Shown piece by piece: positions 8,837 through 18,210 of a DNA stretch of 34,665 nt. The DNA lies in assembly GCA_021789395.1 (NCBI GenBank), contig JAJYJP010000001.1:1-34665 (forward strand). Reading direction: 5' to 3'. A program made the position numbers and the translations under genes. A model generated the notes under the pieces. It made no database searches, had not been told where the DNA came from, and was given only the letters and a program-made list of their open reading frames with translations. Every line of letters begins with the position of its first letter. Position 1 is the first letter of the stretch. Source of the stretch: a bacterium (GTDB lineage Bacteria > Patescibacteriota > Minisyncoccia > Moranbacterales > UBA2206).

Positions 8837-10117
8837 TCATTGTGCAAAATCCGTGTGATATGTTCTGATATCATGATCCTGGGCAAAGCGATCCGCTGTC
8901 GTTCTGCCGTAGACGATGCAAATAGCCGTCGTCCACGCTTCGTAAGCCTGGATCATTTCCAATTTGGCTTCGGATCTCCGTTCCCCTTTCAGATACTTGA
9001 GATTTTTCTCAGCCTGCCGGAAATGTCCGATCGCTCCTCGGTACACTTTTCCGGTTTTTTCGATTTTGTATGTCTGCCTTAGAAAAGTTTTATCTTTAGT
9101 GCAAGCATACATATCGATATCAAGAAACGCGATCCGGAGATGCTTTTCGAAGTTTTGGAGATTCAGGTTGGGACAAAATATATTTTCTTCCGTCGCAATC
9201 TTTTTTGATATCTCAGTTGCCTCTTCCTTGCTGCAGACCGATTTCCGCACTTTTGGTTTCGGTCTTTCTTCCACTCGCGGCGGATGGAGAAACGTTTCCA
9301 AATTTTCTGCGTGAAAAAGAAGGAAAGTTACTTCTGCATCTCCCCGCATGACAGTTTTCTGCTGGCTTTTTTCGATTTGGCCGCCTGCGGAAATTCCGAA
9401 GAGCGAACCTATTTCTTGCAGAAAACCCACGGAAGCGCCTACGCCTTTTGTCGTTCCACTGGGTGTTATATAGGCGCGAAAAGCGTCGACTGGAATTGCC
9501 ACATTGGCCCCGTACTGAAGCGCTTGGTACCCGCCGAACAAGAACAGGTCCTGCCGCATGGCCAACTGCCCGAAATCGCCTTCTTTTCCCAGAAATTTTG
9601 AATCCAACGTCAACGTTCCGACCCTCTTCAATTCTCGAATATCTCGCCCGTCCAGCTTTGCGATGAAACATATTCTCTCTGAAGCAGGAAAAGTAAATTG
9701 GACATCCGGATGATAGATTACGCTTTTTTCGAGTTCGTCGAAAAATTTTTCGCCCCGCTCTGATATCATCATCCGTTTGAACGTCTTGAAACTGTTTGGT
9801 GTCACTTCATCGATAGCCAACAAAATATCTCCTGATTTCAAGTCATTTACTTGCCGCTCGTATCCGGGAAAATAATTTGGCGGAAAAAAACCCGTGTTGC
9901 CCGGAACGAACGGAAATTCCGACGCGATGTTATCGCCGTGCTGTGAAAAATCCAGGTGGATCGAGTTCTGGTTCTGACCGCCTAAATCGACTGACTGATT
10001 TTGACCTTGGTTGTTGTTATTCGTATTGCTGTTGTCAAAATCCTTTCCGGCAAGAGCGATGCTCGCTGACAACAACAAAGCCATCATTATGATCAAAACG
10101 CCCGCTACCTTCTTCAT
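8837..10117 (-). CDS. Hypothetical secreted protein with an N/Q-rich N-terminus and a Gly-rich beta-hairpin
   Basis: Start ATG 10117 (GGGAG SD); signal peptide ending ALA-G; long uninterrupted ORF; no family recognised with certainty. Confidence 0.82.
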   Translation of the reverse strand: MKKVAGVLIIMMALLLSASIALAGKDFDNSNTNNNNQGQNQSVDLGGQNQNSIHLDFSQHGDNIASEFPFVPGNTGFFPPNYFPGYERQVNDLKSGDILLAIDEVTPNSFKTFKRMMISERGEKFFDELEKSVIYHPDVQFTFPASERICFIAKLDGRDIRELKRVGTLTLDSKFLGKEGDFGQLAMRQDLFLFGGYQALQYGANVAIPVDAFRAYITPSGTTKGVGASVGFLQEIGSLFGISAGGQIEKSQQKTVMRGDAEVTFLLFHAENLETFLHPPRVEERPKPKVRKSVCSKEEATEISKKIATEENIFCPNLNLQNFEKHLRIAFLDIDMYACTKDKTFLRQTYKIEKTGKVYRGAIGHFRQAEKNLKYLKGERRSEAKLEMIQAYEAWTTAICIVYGRTTADRFAQDHDIRTYHTDFAQ

Positions 10118-10247
10118 GGCAACCAACTCCCTTCTCTTTGAATTTCTATGTCAATTTTTAGTTTTTAAAGACCCTTCTTCCTCTATTCTCACAGGACTTA
10201 TTGATAATATTTCAATCAATCCTGAATCGAATTTCGGAATTATTTTT

Positions 10248-10281
10248 CCGGGAGGAGGAAAGATTATCTCCTCTCTCCCGG
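10248..10281 (-). other. GC-rich stem-loop just after the small secreted gene, without a U-tract
   Basis: CCGGGAG.GAGGA...UCCUC.CUCCCGG, followed on the minus strand by AAAAA rather than U. It is more likely an mRNA 3' stabiliser than an intrinsic terminator. Confidence 0.55.
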
Positions 10282-10287
10282 TGGGCG

Positions 10288-10626
10288 CTAGTTGGCGCCG
10301 CCTTTTACATTGCCGTATTGCATGCCCCACTGTGTTTGGTGGCCGTTTGACGATGACTGTTCCTGGTTATATCCGCTCTTGTACCCGAAGTTACCGGACA
10401 CGTCACGTCCCTTCAGACTCAGATCGGTTTCCCCGTCCTGTTTGGCCGACATGCCCATCTCAAAACTGTGGTGACCGAAATTTTTGAACATATCTGTTTG
10501 TGTGTTAGTGTATGTTTCTCCGTCGACTTTGCCGAAAGTTTTAAAGCCTCCGCCAGCCAGTGCCACGGCCGCGGACGAAAACAAGAACGACAGTGCCAGA
10601 AAAATCACCGTTACTTTTCGCATCAT
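10288..10626 (-). CDS. Hypothetical small secreted G/Q/N/S-rich protein
   Basis: GAGGT SD; signal peptide MRKVTVIFLALSFLFSSAAVALA; ~88-aa mature part with no Cys or Pro. Confidence 0.8.
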   Translation of the reverse strand: MMRKVTVIFLALSFLFSSAAVALAGGGFKTFGKVDGETYTNTQTDMFKNFGHHSFEMGMSAKQDGETDLSLKGRDVSGNFGYKSGYNQEQSSSNGHQTQWGMQYGNVKGGAN

Positions 10627-10753
10627 CTCAACCTCACTTCTGATTTCTAAGTTTTTACCGTAGTTTTAAAGAACTAAAGGAACCCAAAACCTCCTTTCTG
10701 ACCGAATTAATTTATTACCAAATAACTGATCTATAAATTTCGTCTGTCCCGAT

Positions 10754-10777
10754 AAAAAAAGACGCGCATTGCGTCTT
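10754..10777 (-). terminator. Intrinsic terminator of the htrA-clpB block
   Basis: Minus strand AAGACGC-aatgc-GCGTCTT continuing into a T7 run, ~30 nt after the stop at 10808. Confidence 0.75.
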
Positions 10778-10807
10778 ATTACAATTCAGATCAAATTTTA
10801 TTCCGAG

Positions 10808-11941
10808 CTAGAGCTGGACCGGAATCTTCATCATCTGACCATTCCGATCGACTGTCAGCTTGATTTTATCGCCCGTTTTAAATGCGTACAACAAATCTGG
10901 CAAACTATGGCTAAGATCAATGTCGGTTCCGTTGACTGCGGTTATTATGTCGTTCATCTTGAGTCCCGCCTTTTGCGCCGATGAGTCATAAATAATCGCC
11001 AATCCTTGTTGTCCGGAAGCGGAATAAATCATCGCCCCGCCGTTCACATTGAGATTATTTGCCAGGGCAAAAGTCTTGGTGATGGGAACATAATAGATTC
11101 CCAAAACCGGATCACTGCCGATTTCTTTATCAATCGCCTTATTGACGACCGCCTCCACCTTATCGGCCGGAATGACAAAATATTCCTGAGAATCATTTAC
11201 ATTGATCGAACCGAGAATTCCGATCGTTTGACCGCTGAAATCGACGACTGGACCGCCAACATAATCGGCCGGATTGCCAAAATCGGTGTCATACACGCCT
11301 TCCATTTTTTCAGAACTAGAAACGGTGCCGCCACCCAGATTGAAAGTCGGCATGTAGACGGTTAGCATTCCCAGGTCATATGAATCGAGATATGATCCGG
11401 AAGCATTCCCGATGGCGACCACTTTTTCACCCGGCTCAATGCTGCTTGAATCTCCAAAAGAAATCACCGGAAGATTGCTGGCATCAATTTTCAGAAAAGT
11501 CAAATTACTGTACGCATCCACCCCGACAAAAGTAGCGTCATCCACACTGCCATCATAAAGCAACACTTTATATTTCGAATTAGCCGTCAGGTCGGGCGCG
11601 TAGGTCATGATCAAACCGTCGCTTGTCACGATTTCCCCAGTAATATTTTCCACTGCCGCAGTGGGTTGTCCGGCGCCCGGCAACACTATGATATTTACGA
11701 CCGACGAAGCGGCCTGATTGGCGATATCAGCCATCGAGGTTGTTTCTTTGACAGTAACTTGTTCGGTCCGATTGATGACTGTTACATCCTCGGTAGATTT
11801 TTTCAAAAAGGGCACGTTGGCAAAAAGACTAGTCATGCTGAGGTACGGAAAAAGGTAACGGTCCATAATGATGCCGCCCAGCCCGCCCAGGATTACTATG
11901 CCCAGGATGATAAAAATTTTTTTAACAATTTTCTTTGTCAT
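10808..11941 (-). CDS. HtrA/DegP (S1C)-like protein with PDZ domain, catalytic triad degenerate
   Basis: N-terminal TM; trypsin-fold motifs (VTSDGLIMT, FGDSSSIEPGEKVVAIGN, GGPVVD); PDZ (LGIYY..SSAQKAGLKMNDIITAVNG). The His, Asp and Ser positions read P, N and V. Confidence 0.88.
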   Translation of the reverse strand: MTKKIVKKIFIILGIVILGGLGGIIMDRYLFPYLSMTSLFANVPFLKKSTEDVTVINRTEQVTVKETTSMADIANQAASSVVNIIVLPGAGQPTAAVENITGEIVTSDGLIMTYAPDLTANSKYKVLLYDGSVDDATFVGVDAYSNLTFLKIDASNLPVISFGDSSSIEPGEKVVAIGNASGSYLDSYDLGMLTVYMPTFNLGGGTVSSSEKMEGVYDTDFGNPADYVGGPVVDFSGQTIGILGSINVNDSQEYFVIPADKVEAVVNKAIDKEIGSDPVLGIYYVPITKTFALANNLNVNGGAMIYSASGQQGLAIIYDSSAQKAGLKMNDIITAVNGTDIDLSHSLPDLLYAFKTGDKIKLTVDRNGQMMKIPVQL

Positions 11942-11952
11942 AAACTATTTGT

Positions 11953-12690
11953 TCATACTGTCGGAAGCCATTTGGAACTGAGCAGCACTAAAATTACCAA
12001 AACCGAAAAAAATACCATGTTCGCCACGACCCGTTTCCGGCTCAATAAGTTAAGAAAATAGCTCTGCACCAGATCCCATAAAACATAGTACAGTATAAGA
12101 GCAATCACTCCAGTCGTCAAATATCCGAACGGCCAAAAATTCATTGTCCAAATCAGTTCCGCCATTATCAAGGCCAGCAAAAAGCTGTAGATCCAGACCG
12201 TTCTTTTGTTTTCATTTATGAGGCGAAAATACTGGTAACTTACCAGGAGGGAAACAATCAGATAAATTATCATCAAAAAATATAATGGCACGAAAAAATT
12301 AAGATAAAAACCATATGCCGCTGTGAAAGCAAAAAAAATAGTTACCATGGAAGCCGCCATGATCATTCCCCTCGCCGTCAAGTCACTTTGGTATTCCTTG
12401 AGACGAAAAGCACCCAAGCAGGTCAGGTAGTACACGAAAGAAGTGAGTAGAATGAAAATCTGCTGTTCGGCAAAATCAGAAATGAGATAAATAAGCGCGA
12501 TAGAAAAAATGGTGAAAAATGCCGGCAATATGGAAAACAGCCAACGGCCTCCTAATTTTTTCCCGACAAAAAGCGAAACGAAAAAGAAAATAAATGCAAT
12601 CAAAAACAAAAAATCATTTCTGAAAGAAATAAATTCCAGGCCCAGAAAAAAAACTAAGCTATACAAGAAAGGTTTTAATCTAAAAAACAT
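11953..12690 (-). CDS. Multi-pass integral membrane protein of unknown function
   Basis: About 8-9 hydrophobic segments, ELIWTMNFWP motif; lies between clpB and the HtrA-like gene. Confidence 0.8.
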   Translation of the reverse strand: MFFRLKPFLYSLVFFLGLEFISFRNDFLFLIAFIFFFVSLFVGKKLGGRWLFSILPAFFTIFSIALIYLISDFAEQQIFILLTSFVYYLTCLGAFRLKEYQSDLTARGMIMAASMVTIFFAFTAAYGFYLNFFVPLYFLMIIYLIVSLLVSYQYFRLINENKRTVWIYSFLLALIMAELIWTMNFWPFGYLTTGVIALILYYVLWDLVQSYFLNLLSRKRVVANMVFFSVLVILVLLSSKWLPTV

Positions 12691-12731
12691 TTTATTGCAT
12701 TATGCGGATTGGCTCCAGTATATCACGCTGC

Positions 12732-15338
12732 TTATACAAAGACAATTTTGTTTTTTTGAGCATCGATTTTGACATTATCGCCTTCTTTTATTCTTCCTTC
12801 GATGACCCGCAGCGCCAGTTCATCCAAAATTTCATTTTGAATCACTCGCTTGAGCGGACGCGCTCCATAAGCGGGATCATAACCTTTCTGGCTAAGATAT
12901 TCCTTGGCCGCCGGGGTCAAAAATAAAGTGATATTTTTTTCATCAAGCCGTTCCCGCACCAAATCCAATTGCAGGTCAACGATTTTTTTGAGCATTTCGC
13001 GGCTAATAGGATGAAAAATAATGATTTCATCCAGCCGGTTTAAAAATTCCGGCTTGAAGTTTTCACGCAGCGCCTCCAAAACTTTTTCGCGCATATCCTC
13101 TTCGGTCATGACACCTTCGATTAAAGCTTCCTTAAAACCCAATTCGCTCCGGTAAATGATATCCGATCCTACATTGGAAGTCATAATGATGACTGTATTT
13201 TTGAAATTGATTTTCCGACCTTTGGCATCCGTCAGGATTCCGTCGTCCAGAATTTGAAGCATGATATTGAATACCTGCGGATGGGCCTTTTCTATCTCGT
13301 CAAAGAGGATGACGCTATATGGCTTCCTTCGAACGATCTCGGTAAGTTGTCCGCCCTCTTCATAGCCTACATAGCCCGGCGGCGATCCGATCATTTTAGC
13401 GGTCGAATGCGCTTCCATATACTCGCTCATATCGACCCGGATCATGGCCTGTTCGTCATTGAACAGGAATTGCGCCAGCGCTTTGGCCAATTCAGTCTTT
13501 CCCACGCCGGTCGGGCCCAAAAAAATGAACGAACCGATCGGCCGTTGCTTTTCTGAGATTCCGGCGCGCGACCTTCGGATCGCATTTGCGACAGATTGGA
13601 TGGCTTCTTTCTGCCCGACCACCCGTTTTTCAAGCTCGGCTTCCATATTTGCCAACTTTTTTGCTTCGCTTTCCAACATTTTAGAAACCGGGATATTGGT
13701 CCAGCGAGAAACCACCCTGGCCACATCTTCTTCGGTGATCTCTTCTTTCAGGATCGGATTCTTACTTTGGATATTATTCAATTTTTTCTTTTCCTCTTTG
13801 ATTTTTTTTTCCAATTCCGGAATTTTTCCATATCGGATCTCGGCGACTTTTTCCAGTTCCGATCTTCTTTCGGCAATTTCCGCTTCCGATTTCACTTTTT
13901 CAATCTCTGCGGTGTGCTTGCGGATATTGGTGATCAAATCTTTTTCCGTTTTCCATTGCAACGAGAGCTTTTCGAAATCTTTTTTCATCTCGAAAAGTTT
14001 TTTATCCAATTCTCCGATCCTTTTTTTAAAAGAAATGTCTTTTTCTTTTTCCAAAGCTTTCTTCTCGATTTCCATCCGGCGGATCGACCGCTCCATCTCG
14101 TCAATTTCTGCCGGCATCGAATCGATTTCCATCCGCAGCGCACTGCCTGCCTCATCGACAATATCGACCGCTTTATCCGGCAAAAACCGATCGGTAATGT
14201 ATCGGTCGGACAATCTCACCGCTTCTTGGATGGCGGCATCAGTAATTCTGACCCCGTGATGTACTTCGTATTTTTCTTTCAAGCCTCGGAGAATCGCAAT
14301 TGCATCTTCGGCCGAAGGCTCTTCGACAATGATCGGTTGAAAACGCCGTTCGAAAGCGGCGTCTTTTTCTATGTAACGCTGGTATTCTTTAGTTGTCGTC
14401 GCGCCGACCATCCGGATGCGTCCGCGCGCCAAAGCTGGCTTCAGCATATTGGAAGCATCCAACGCCCCTTCGGTCGCGCCGGCTCCCACTAGTGTATGGA
14501 TCTCATCGATGAACAGGATGTACCGGCCGGCCGCCCGATCGATTTCATTAATGATCGCTTTTAACCGTTCTTCGAATTCTCCCCGAAACTTCGTTCCAGC
14601 CAATAAAGATCCCAGATCGAGCGAGATGAGTTCCTTATTTTTTAACGTCTCCGGCACGTCTCCGTCGGCGATCCGCTGCGCCAATCCTTCCACGATCGCC
14701 GTTTTCCCCACTCCCGCTTCTCCGATCAGGACCGGATTATTTTTTGTCCGGCGGCTCAACACCTGCATCACCCGGCGTATTTCCGCATCTCTACCGATGA
14801 CCGGATCTAATTTTTTATTCCGAGCCAGTTCTGTCAGGTTGATCGTATATTTCTCCAGCACCTGAAACTTGCTCTCCGGTTCCGGAGTGTCCACGTGCTG
14901 CGAACCTCGTACTTGCGCCATAATTTTTAAGATATTGTCATAATTTATTTTATATTTTTCCAAAAAATTTTTAACTCGCGTCTTGGCAGTTAAAAAAGCC
15001 AGAAGCAGGTGTTCGGTAGAGATAAACTCGTCTCCGATAAGACGGGCTTCTTCTTCCGCCGCGTTCAAAATCACAACCAGCTCCGGCGTGACGAAAATCT
15101 GATTGTTTAGCCCGCCGATTTTCGGATAAGCGTCGACCTCGTCCATCACATTTGCCTTTAAAGTTTCGATGTCGACTTCGATCTTGCGCAAAATCACCGG
15201 CACGATCGAATCTTCTTGGGACAACAACGCGTAAAGCAAATGAAAAGTATCGACTTGCTGCTGGCCTTTCGAAATCACGATTTCTTGGGCATTACGCAAA
15301 GCCTCCTGGCTTTTGACTGTAAGTTTTCCTAGATCCAT
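12732..15338 (-). CDS. clpB: ATP-dependent disaggregase ClpB
   Basis: Clp N-domain, two AAA+ modules ([16 protein letters not shown]), coiled-coil M-domain, [22 protein letters not shown]; 868 aa. Confidence 0.96.
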   Translation of the reverse strand: MDLGKLTVKSQEALRNAQEIVISKGQQQVDTFHLLYALLSQEDSIVPVILRKIEVDIETLKANVMDEVDAYPKIGGLNNQIFVTPELVVILNAAEEEARLIGDEFISTEHLLLAFLTAKTRVKNFLEKYKINYDNILKIMAQVRGSQHVDTPEPESKFQVLEKYTINLTELARNKKLDPVIGRDAEIRRVMQVLSRRTKNNPVLIGEAGVGKTAIVEGLAQRIADGDVPETLKNKELISLDLGSLLAGTKFRGEFEERLKAIINEIDRAAGRYILFIDEIHTLVGAGATEGALDASNMLKPALARGRIRMVGATTTKEYQRYIEKDAAFERRFQPIIVEEPSAEDAIAILRGLKEKYEVHHGVRITDAAIQEAVRLSDRYITDRFLPDKAVDIVDEAGSALRMEIDSMPAEIDEMERSIRRMEIEKKALEKEKDISFKKRIGELDKKLFEMKKDFEKLSLQWKTEKDLITNIRKHTAEIEKVKSEAEIAERRSELEKVAEIRYGKIPELEKKIKEEKKKLNNIQSKNPILKEEITEEDVARVVSRWTNIPVSKMLESEAKKLANMEAELEKRVVGQKEAIQSVANAIRRSRAGISEKQRPIGSFIFLGPTGVGKTELAKALAQFLFNDEQAMIRVDMSEYMEAHSTAKMIGSPPGYVGYEEGGQLTEIVRRKPYSVILFDEIEKAHPQVFNIMLQILDDGILTDAKGRKINFKNTVIIMTSNVGSDIIYRSELGFKEALIEGVMTEEDMREKVLEALRENFKPEFLNRLDEIIIFHPISREMLKKIVDLQLDLVRERLDEKNITLFLTPAAKEYLSQKGYDPAYGARPLKRVIQNEILDELALRVIEGRIKEGDNVKIDAQKNKIVFV

Positions 15339-16315
15339 AATTTTCTTTTTGCCGCTTTTCCCATTACTTCTACCCGATCGACAACTTTCTTGACTTGATC
15401 GGCGGGCAAAGCGAATCCGATATCCTGCGCGCCTTGCGCCATGGCCACATTCACGCCGATCACATTGCCGTTGATATCCAAGAGAGGTCCGCCGGAATTT
15501 CCCAGATTGATCGCCGCATCGGTCTGAATGATGTCGTTAAGCTGCTCAGATTCGCCGAATCCTCCGGAAGCGGTCAGATTTCTTCCTAATCCGGAAATAA
15601 TGCCTTTGCTGACCGTATTGGAAAATTGTCCCAGTGAATTCCCAATCGCAATCACCGTTTGCCCAATTTCCAGAGAATCAGAATTGCCGATATTCAATAT
15701 CGGAAAATTATTTCCAGCAATTTTGATGACTGCAATATCATTAGCCGGATCGGTAGCTAAAATTTTAGCAAGATGTTCTTTACCATCGTTTGTTACGACA
15801 GTATATGTAGCGGTCGGATCGGAAACGACATGCTTGTTTGTCACAATGACTCCGCTGCTTGTCACAAAAAATCCTGAACCACCGGCAATCCGCTCTTGAC
15901 TCATGCCCCCTTGCACGTTATTGGTGTTGGAACTACCTTGATTCTGTTCATTGCCCTGCCCATCAGACGGGCTTGGAAAATTTTTCTTAACTCCCGCTCC
16001 GTTCACGCTTTTTGAAACAATGATGCTTACCACGGCGGGAGTCGCTTTTTTTACCACATTGATTACGGCCAAATCTTCCTGGACAACCGGATGGTTTGGC
16101 AAATTACCGTTAATTACTTGAGAAAAAAATCCTGAAAATTCTTGAGTTAGACTAGGTATTCCGCCAGCCATAAAACCAAAAACGGATCCGGCAATGGCTG
16201 ACACCAAGACCGTGATTATGATCAACCATCTCAAATTATATTTTTTTGGAACTAAAACCGCCGACCCATAAAGTTCGGTATCCGGCGAATCGGCATCACC
16301 CTTTTCAATTTCCAT
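15329..16315 (-). CDS. HtrA-family (S1C) serine protease lacking a PDZ domain
   Basis: TM anchor; [39 protein letters not shown]. Ends shortly after the protease domain, overlapping the clpB start. ATG 16315 preferred over TTG 16342. Confidence 0.92.
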   Translation of the reverse strand: MEIEKGDADSPDTELYGSAVLVPKKYNLRWLIIITVLVSAIAGSVFGFMAGGIPSLTQEFSGFFSQVINGNLPNHPVVQEDLAVINVVKKATPAVVSIIVSKSVNGAGVKKNFPSPSDGQGNEQNQGSSNTNNVQGGMSQERIAGGSGFFVTSSGVIVTNKHVVSDPTATYTVVTNDGKEHLAKILATDPANDIAVIKIAGNNFPILNIGNSDSLEIGQTVIAIGNSLGQFSNTVSKGIISGLGRNLTASGGFGESEQLNDIIQTDAAINLGNSGGPLLDINGNVIGVNVAMAQGAQDIGFALPADQVKKVVDRVEVMGKAAKRKLWI

Positions 16316-16447
16316 ATTTTTTCCAGAACTCTTGCCGACCAAAAAAGCAACAAGGGTTACCTTAGGTTATTCTAATTAGCCAAGGAAATTTAATTCCTTA
16401 TAAGAATAACAGGCAAAACTTGTTTTTATTGCACTCTTAAAAAGAGC

Positions 16448-16630
16448 TTACTGTAAAGAAATAGCGCTAACCGGGCAGCTATCAACGGCCTCTTGGCAAT
16501 TGCAATCTCCGCAATCTTCCGCAATTACATGAGATTTACCGTCCTCTTGGACCTTAAAAACTTTCGGGCAGATAGACTCGCAAGTTCCGCAGCCGATGCA
16601 TAAATCGTGATTAATGTTGGGTTTAGACAT
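16448..16630 (-). CDS. Ferredoxin (monocluster 4Fe-4S type)
   Basis: CIGCGTCESICP...EAVDSCPVSAI; 60 aa. Confidence 0.93.
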   Translation of the reverse strand: MSKPNINHDLCIGCGTCESICPKVFKVQEDGKSHVIAEDCGDCNCQEAVDSCPVSAISLQ

Positions 16631-16691
16631 ATTTTTTTTAAATTAATTTATTAATAATTTTACCTGCTGAAAATAAATGGGACGAAAACGC

Positions 16692-17768
16692 CTAAAATAT
16701 CATCGACGGATCGTCAGGCGAATTTTTACTGAGATTGTCCTCGAAATTTTTCATCTGAGGATCCCTAAATTCCACCTGCGCCGTCCCGCTGTCCCAATAA
16801 AATTCTTTAAGAGGTATGAATATCTTAGCATTTTTTTCCTGGGCAAGCAACCAATCGGAAAAACTTTCGGTCCGGACAAAAATTTGCCGGATCTTTACTT
16901 GATTGACGCCATTTTCCGTCCGCTTATCTTCGATGTTGATGATATGATATCCGATCGAACTTTCGATCACATCGCTCGTGTCGCCCTTGTTCATGATGAA
17001 AGCGGCGGCTGCGACTTCGGGAAGCATCTGGTCGGCATCGAACCATCCCAATTCTCCGCCATTCTTGGCGCTGGCACCCTCGGAATATTTTTCAGCCACG
17101 GTGGCAAAATCCTGTCCGCTTTTCAGCGCGGCCTGAGCAGCGTCAATTTTCTTTTTGGCCGCAAGCGAAGTCGGATCCGAATCGCGGAATTTCTGATTCA
17201 AATCATCCTGGTAGAGATCCGGCTTAACGATGTGATTTTCAAAATCACTCAAATTCCAACCGTATAAGTGTTCCAAATTATTCAAAACATCGGCGTCCGA
17301 ATTTCCGTACTGGGCGATCTTATTGTTGACCTGGGCGGCAACCATTGCCGAAGTAATATTGATTCCCCGCTGCTTAGCCAATATCTCAATAATCTTATTT
17401 TCAATCAATTTGTCCAAAACTTCTCTTTTCTTTACTTCCAGTCGTTTCTGTCCGTTTGAAGAAGTAAAATTGACCTTCATTCCCAGACTGGAGAAATTCT
17501 GATTCGTATAAAATTGCTTGACGGCATCCAGATCATTTTCCATTTCATCATAAGTGATGACATGCGTGTAGTCGACAATGGCCGCCGGATAAGGAATGAC
17601 GCGCGCAGTTCCCCGAACGATTTCATTGTCCGCTCCAAAACCATAAATAAGCACCCCGATCACGATGATGTAGACCACAACAAGAATCAGCACCGAATAA
17701 ATGATCGTTGACAATCTGACTTTTTTTTCGCCATTGGTATTTTTTTCTGCGTTTTGTTTTTTTTTCAT
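16692..17768 (-). CDS. PrsA/SurA-like parvulin peptidyl-prolyl isomerase, membrane anchored
   Basis: N-terminal TM, SurA-N-like helical region, rotamase motif FATVAEKYSE..SAKNGGELGWF..SSIGYHII. Confidence 0.9.
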   Translation of the reverse strand: MKKKQNAEKNTNGEKKVRLSTIIYSVLILVVVYIIVIGVLIYGFGADNEIVRGTARVIPYPAAIVDYTHVITYDEMENDLDAVKQFYTNQNFSSLGMKVNFTSSNGQKRLEVKKREVLDKLIENKIIEILAKQRGINITSAMVAAQVNNKIAQYGNSDADVLNNLEHLYGWNLSDFENHIVKPDLYQDDLNQKFRDSDPTSLAAKKKIDAAQAALKSGQDFATVAEKYSEGASAKNGGELGWFDADQMLPEVAAAAFIMNKGDTSDVIESSIGYHIINIEDKRTENGVNQVKIRQIFVRTESFSDWLLAQEKNAKIFIPLKEFYWDSGTAQVEFRDPQMKNFEDNLSKNSPDDPSMIF

Positions 17769-17777
17769 TTTTTATAT

Positions 17778-18203
17778 TTAAAAGAAATAATTCCACCACT
17801 TGGCCGGATTCGATGATTGCGCGGCCGGCGCTGCAGAAACATTATTTCGAGTCGGTTGCGACTGAGAATCATTAACACCTTCTTCAGCGGCACTTGGTTG
17901 CACAACGACGACATTTTCACCGGGACTCTGCAGGTCAAGCGCGTTTTTTGCTTCTTCTTTCTGATAATCCGGACTGCTTAAGTAAGCGATTTTATCCTGG
18001 AGAGAAGCGTTGTTTTTGTTTATCTTTGCCGCTTCTTGCTGGAGTTCCTCTATCTGTTGTTGGATCTGATTTCTTTGATAAATTTCCTTAGTGCCAGAAA
18101 TTATTATAAGGGTAAAAACGATCATTCCTATGATCAGGCTTGTTTTTACCCAGATCGGTTTTTTTTCCCGCCTGCCGGACGGATTTTTTTTATTTGTCCG
18201 CAT
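17778..18203 (-). CDS. Septum formation initiator (FtsB/DivIC family)
   Basis: Basic N-terminus, TM, coiled coil, LSSPDYQKEEAKNALDLQSPGENVVVV (DivIC-type E..AR..L...PGE). Confidence 0.85.
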   Translation of the reverse strand: MRTNKKNPSGRREKKPIWVKTSLIIGMIVFTLIIISGTKEIYQRNQIQQQIEELQQEAAKINKNNASLQDKIAYLSSPDYQKEEAKNALDLQSPGENVVVVQPSAAEEGVNDSQSQPTRNNVSAAPAAQSSNPAKWWNYFF

Positions 18204-18210
18204 TTTTGTT

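Noticed and set aside
7645..10700. Cassette as a prophage, integron or IS-borne element
   Set aside because: No integrase, transposase, attC pattern, tRNA target or flanking direct repeats were seen.
16349..16424. Long hairpin as SRP or 6S RNA
   Set aside because: It lacks the SRP domain IV motif and GGAA tetraloop, and is far too short for 6S.
16320..16447. Possible CIRCE/HrcA operator upstream of htrA-clpB (GCACTC..GAGC; GAGTTCTGG)
   Set aside because: Neither site matches TTAGCACTC-N9-GAGTGCTAA in spacing and in both half-sites.
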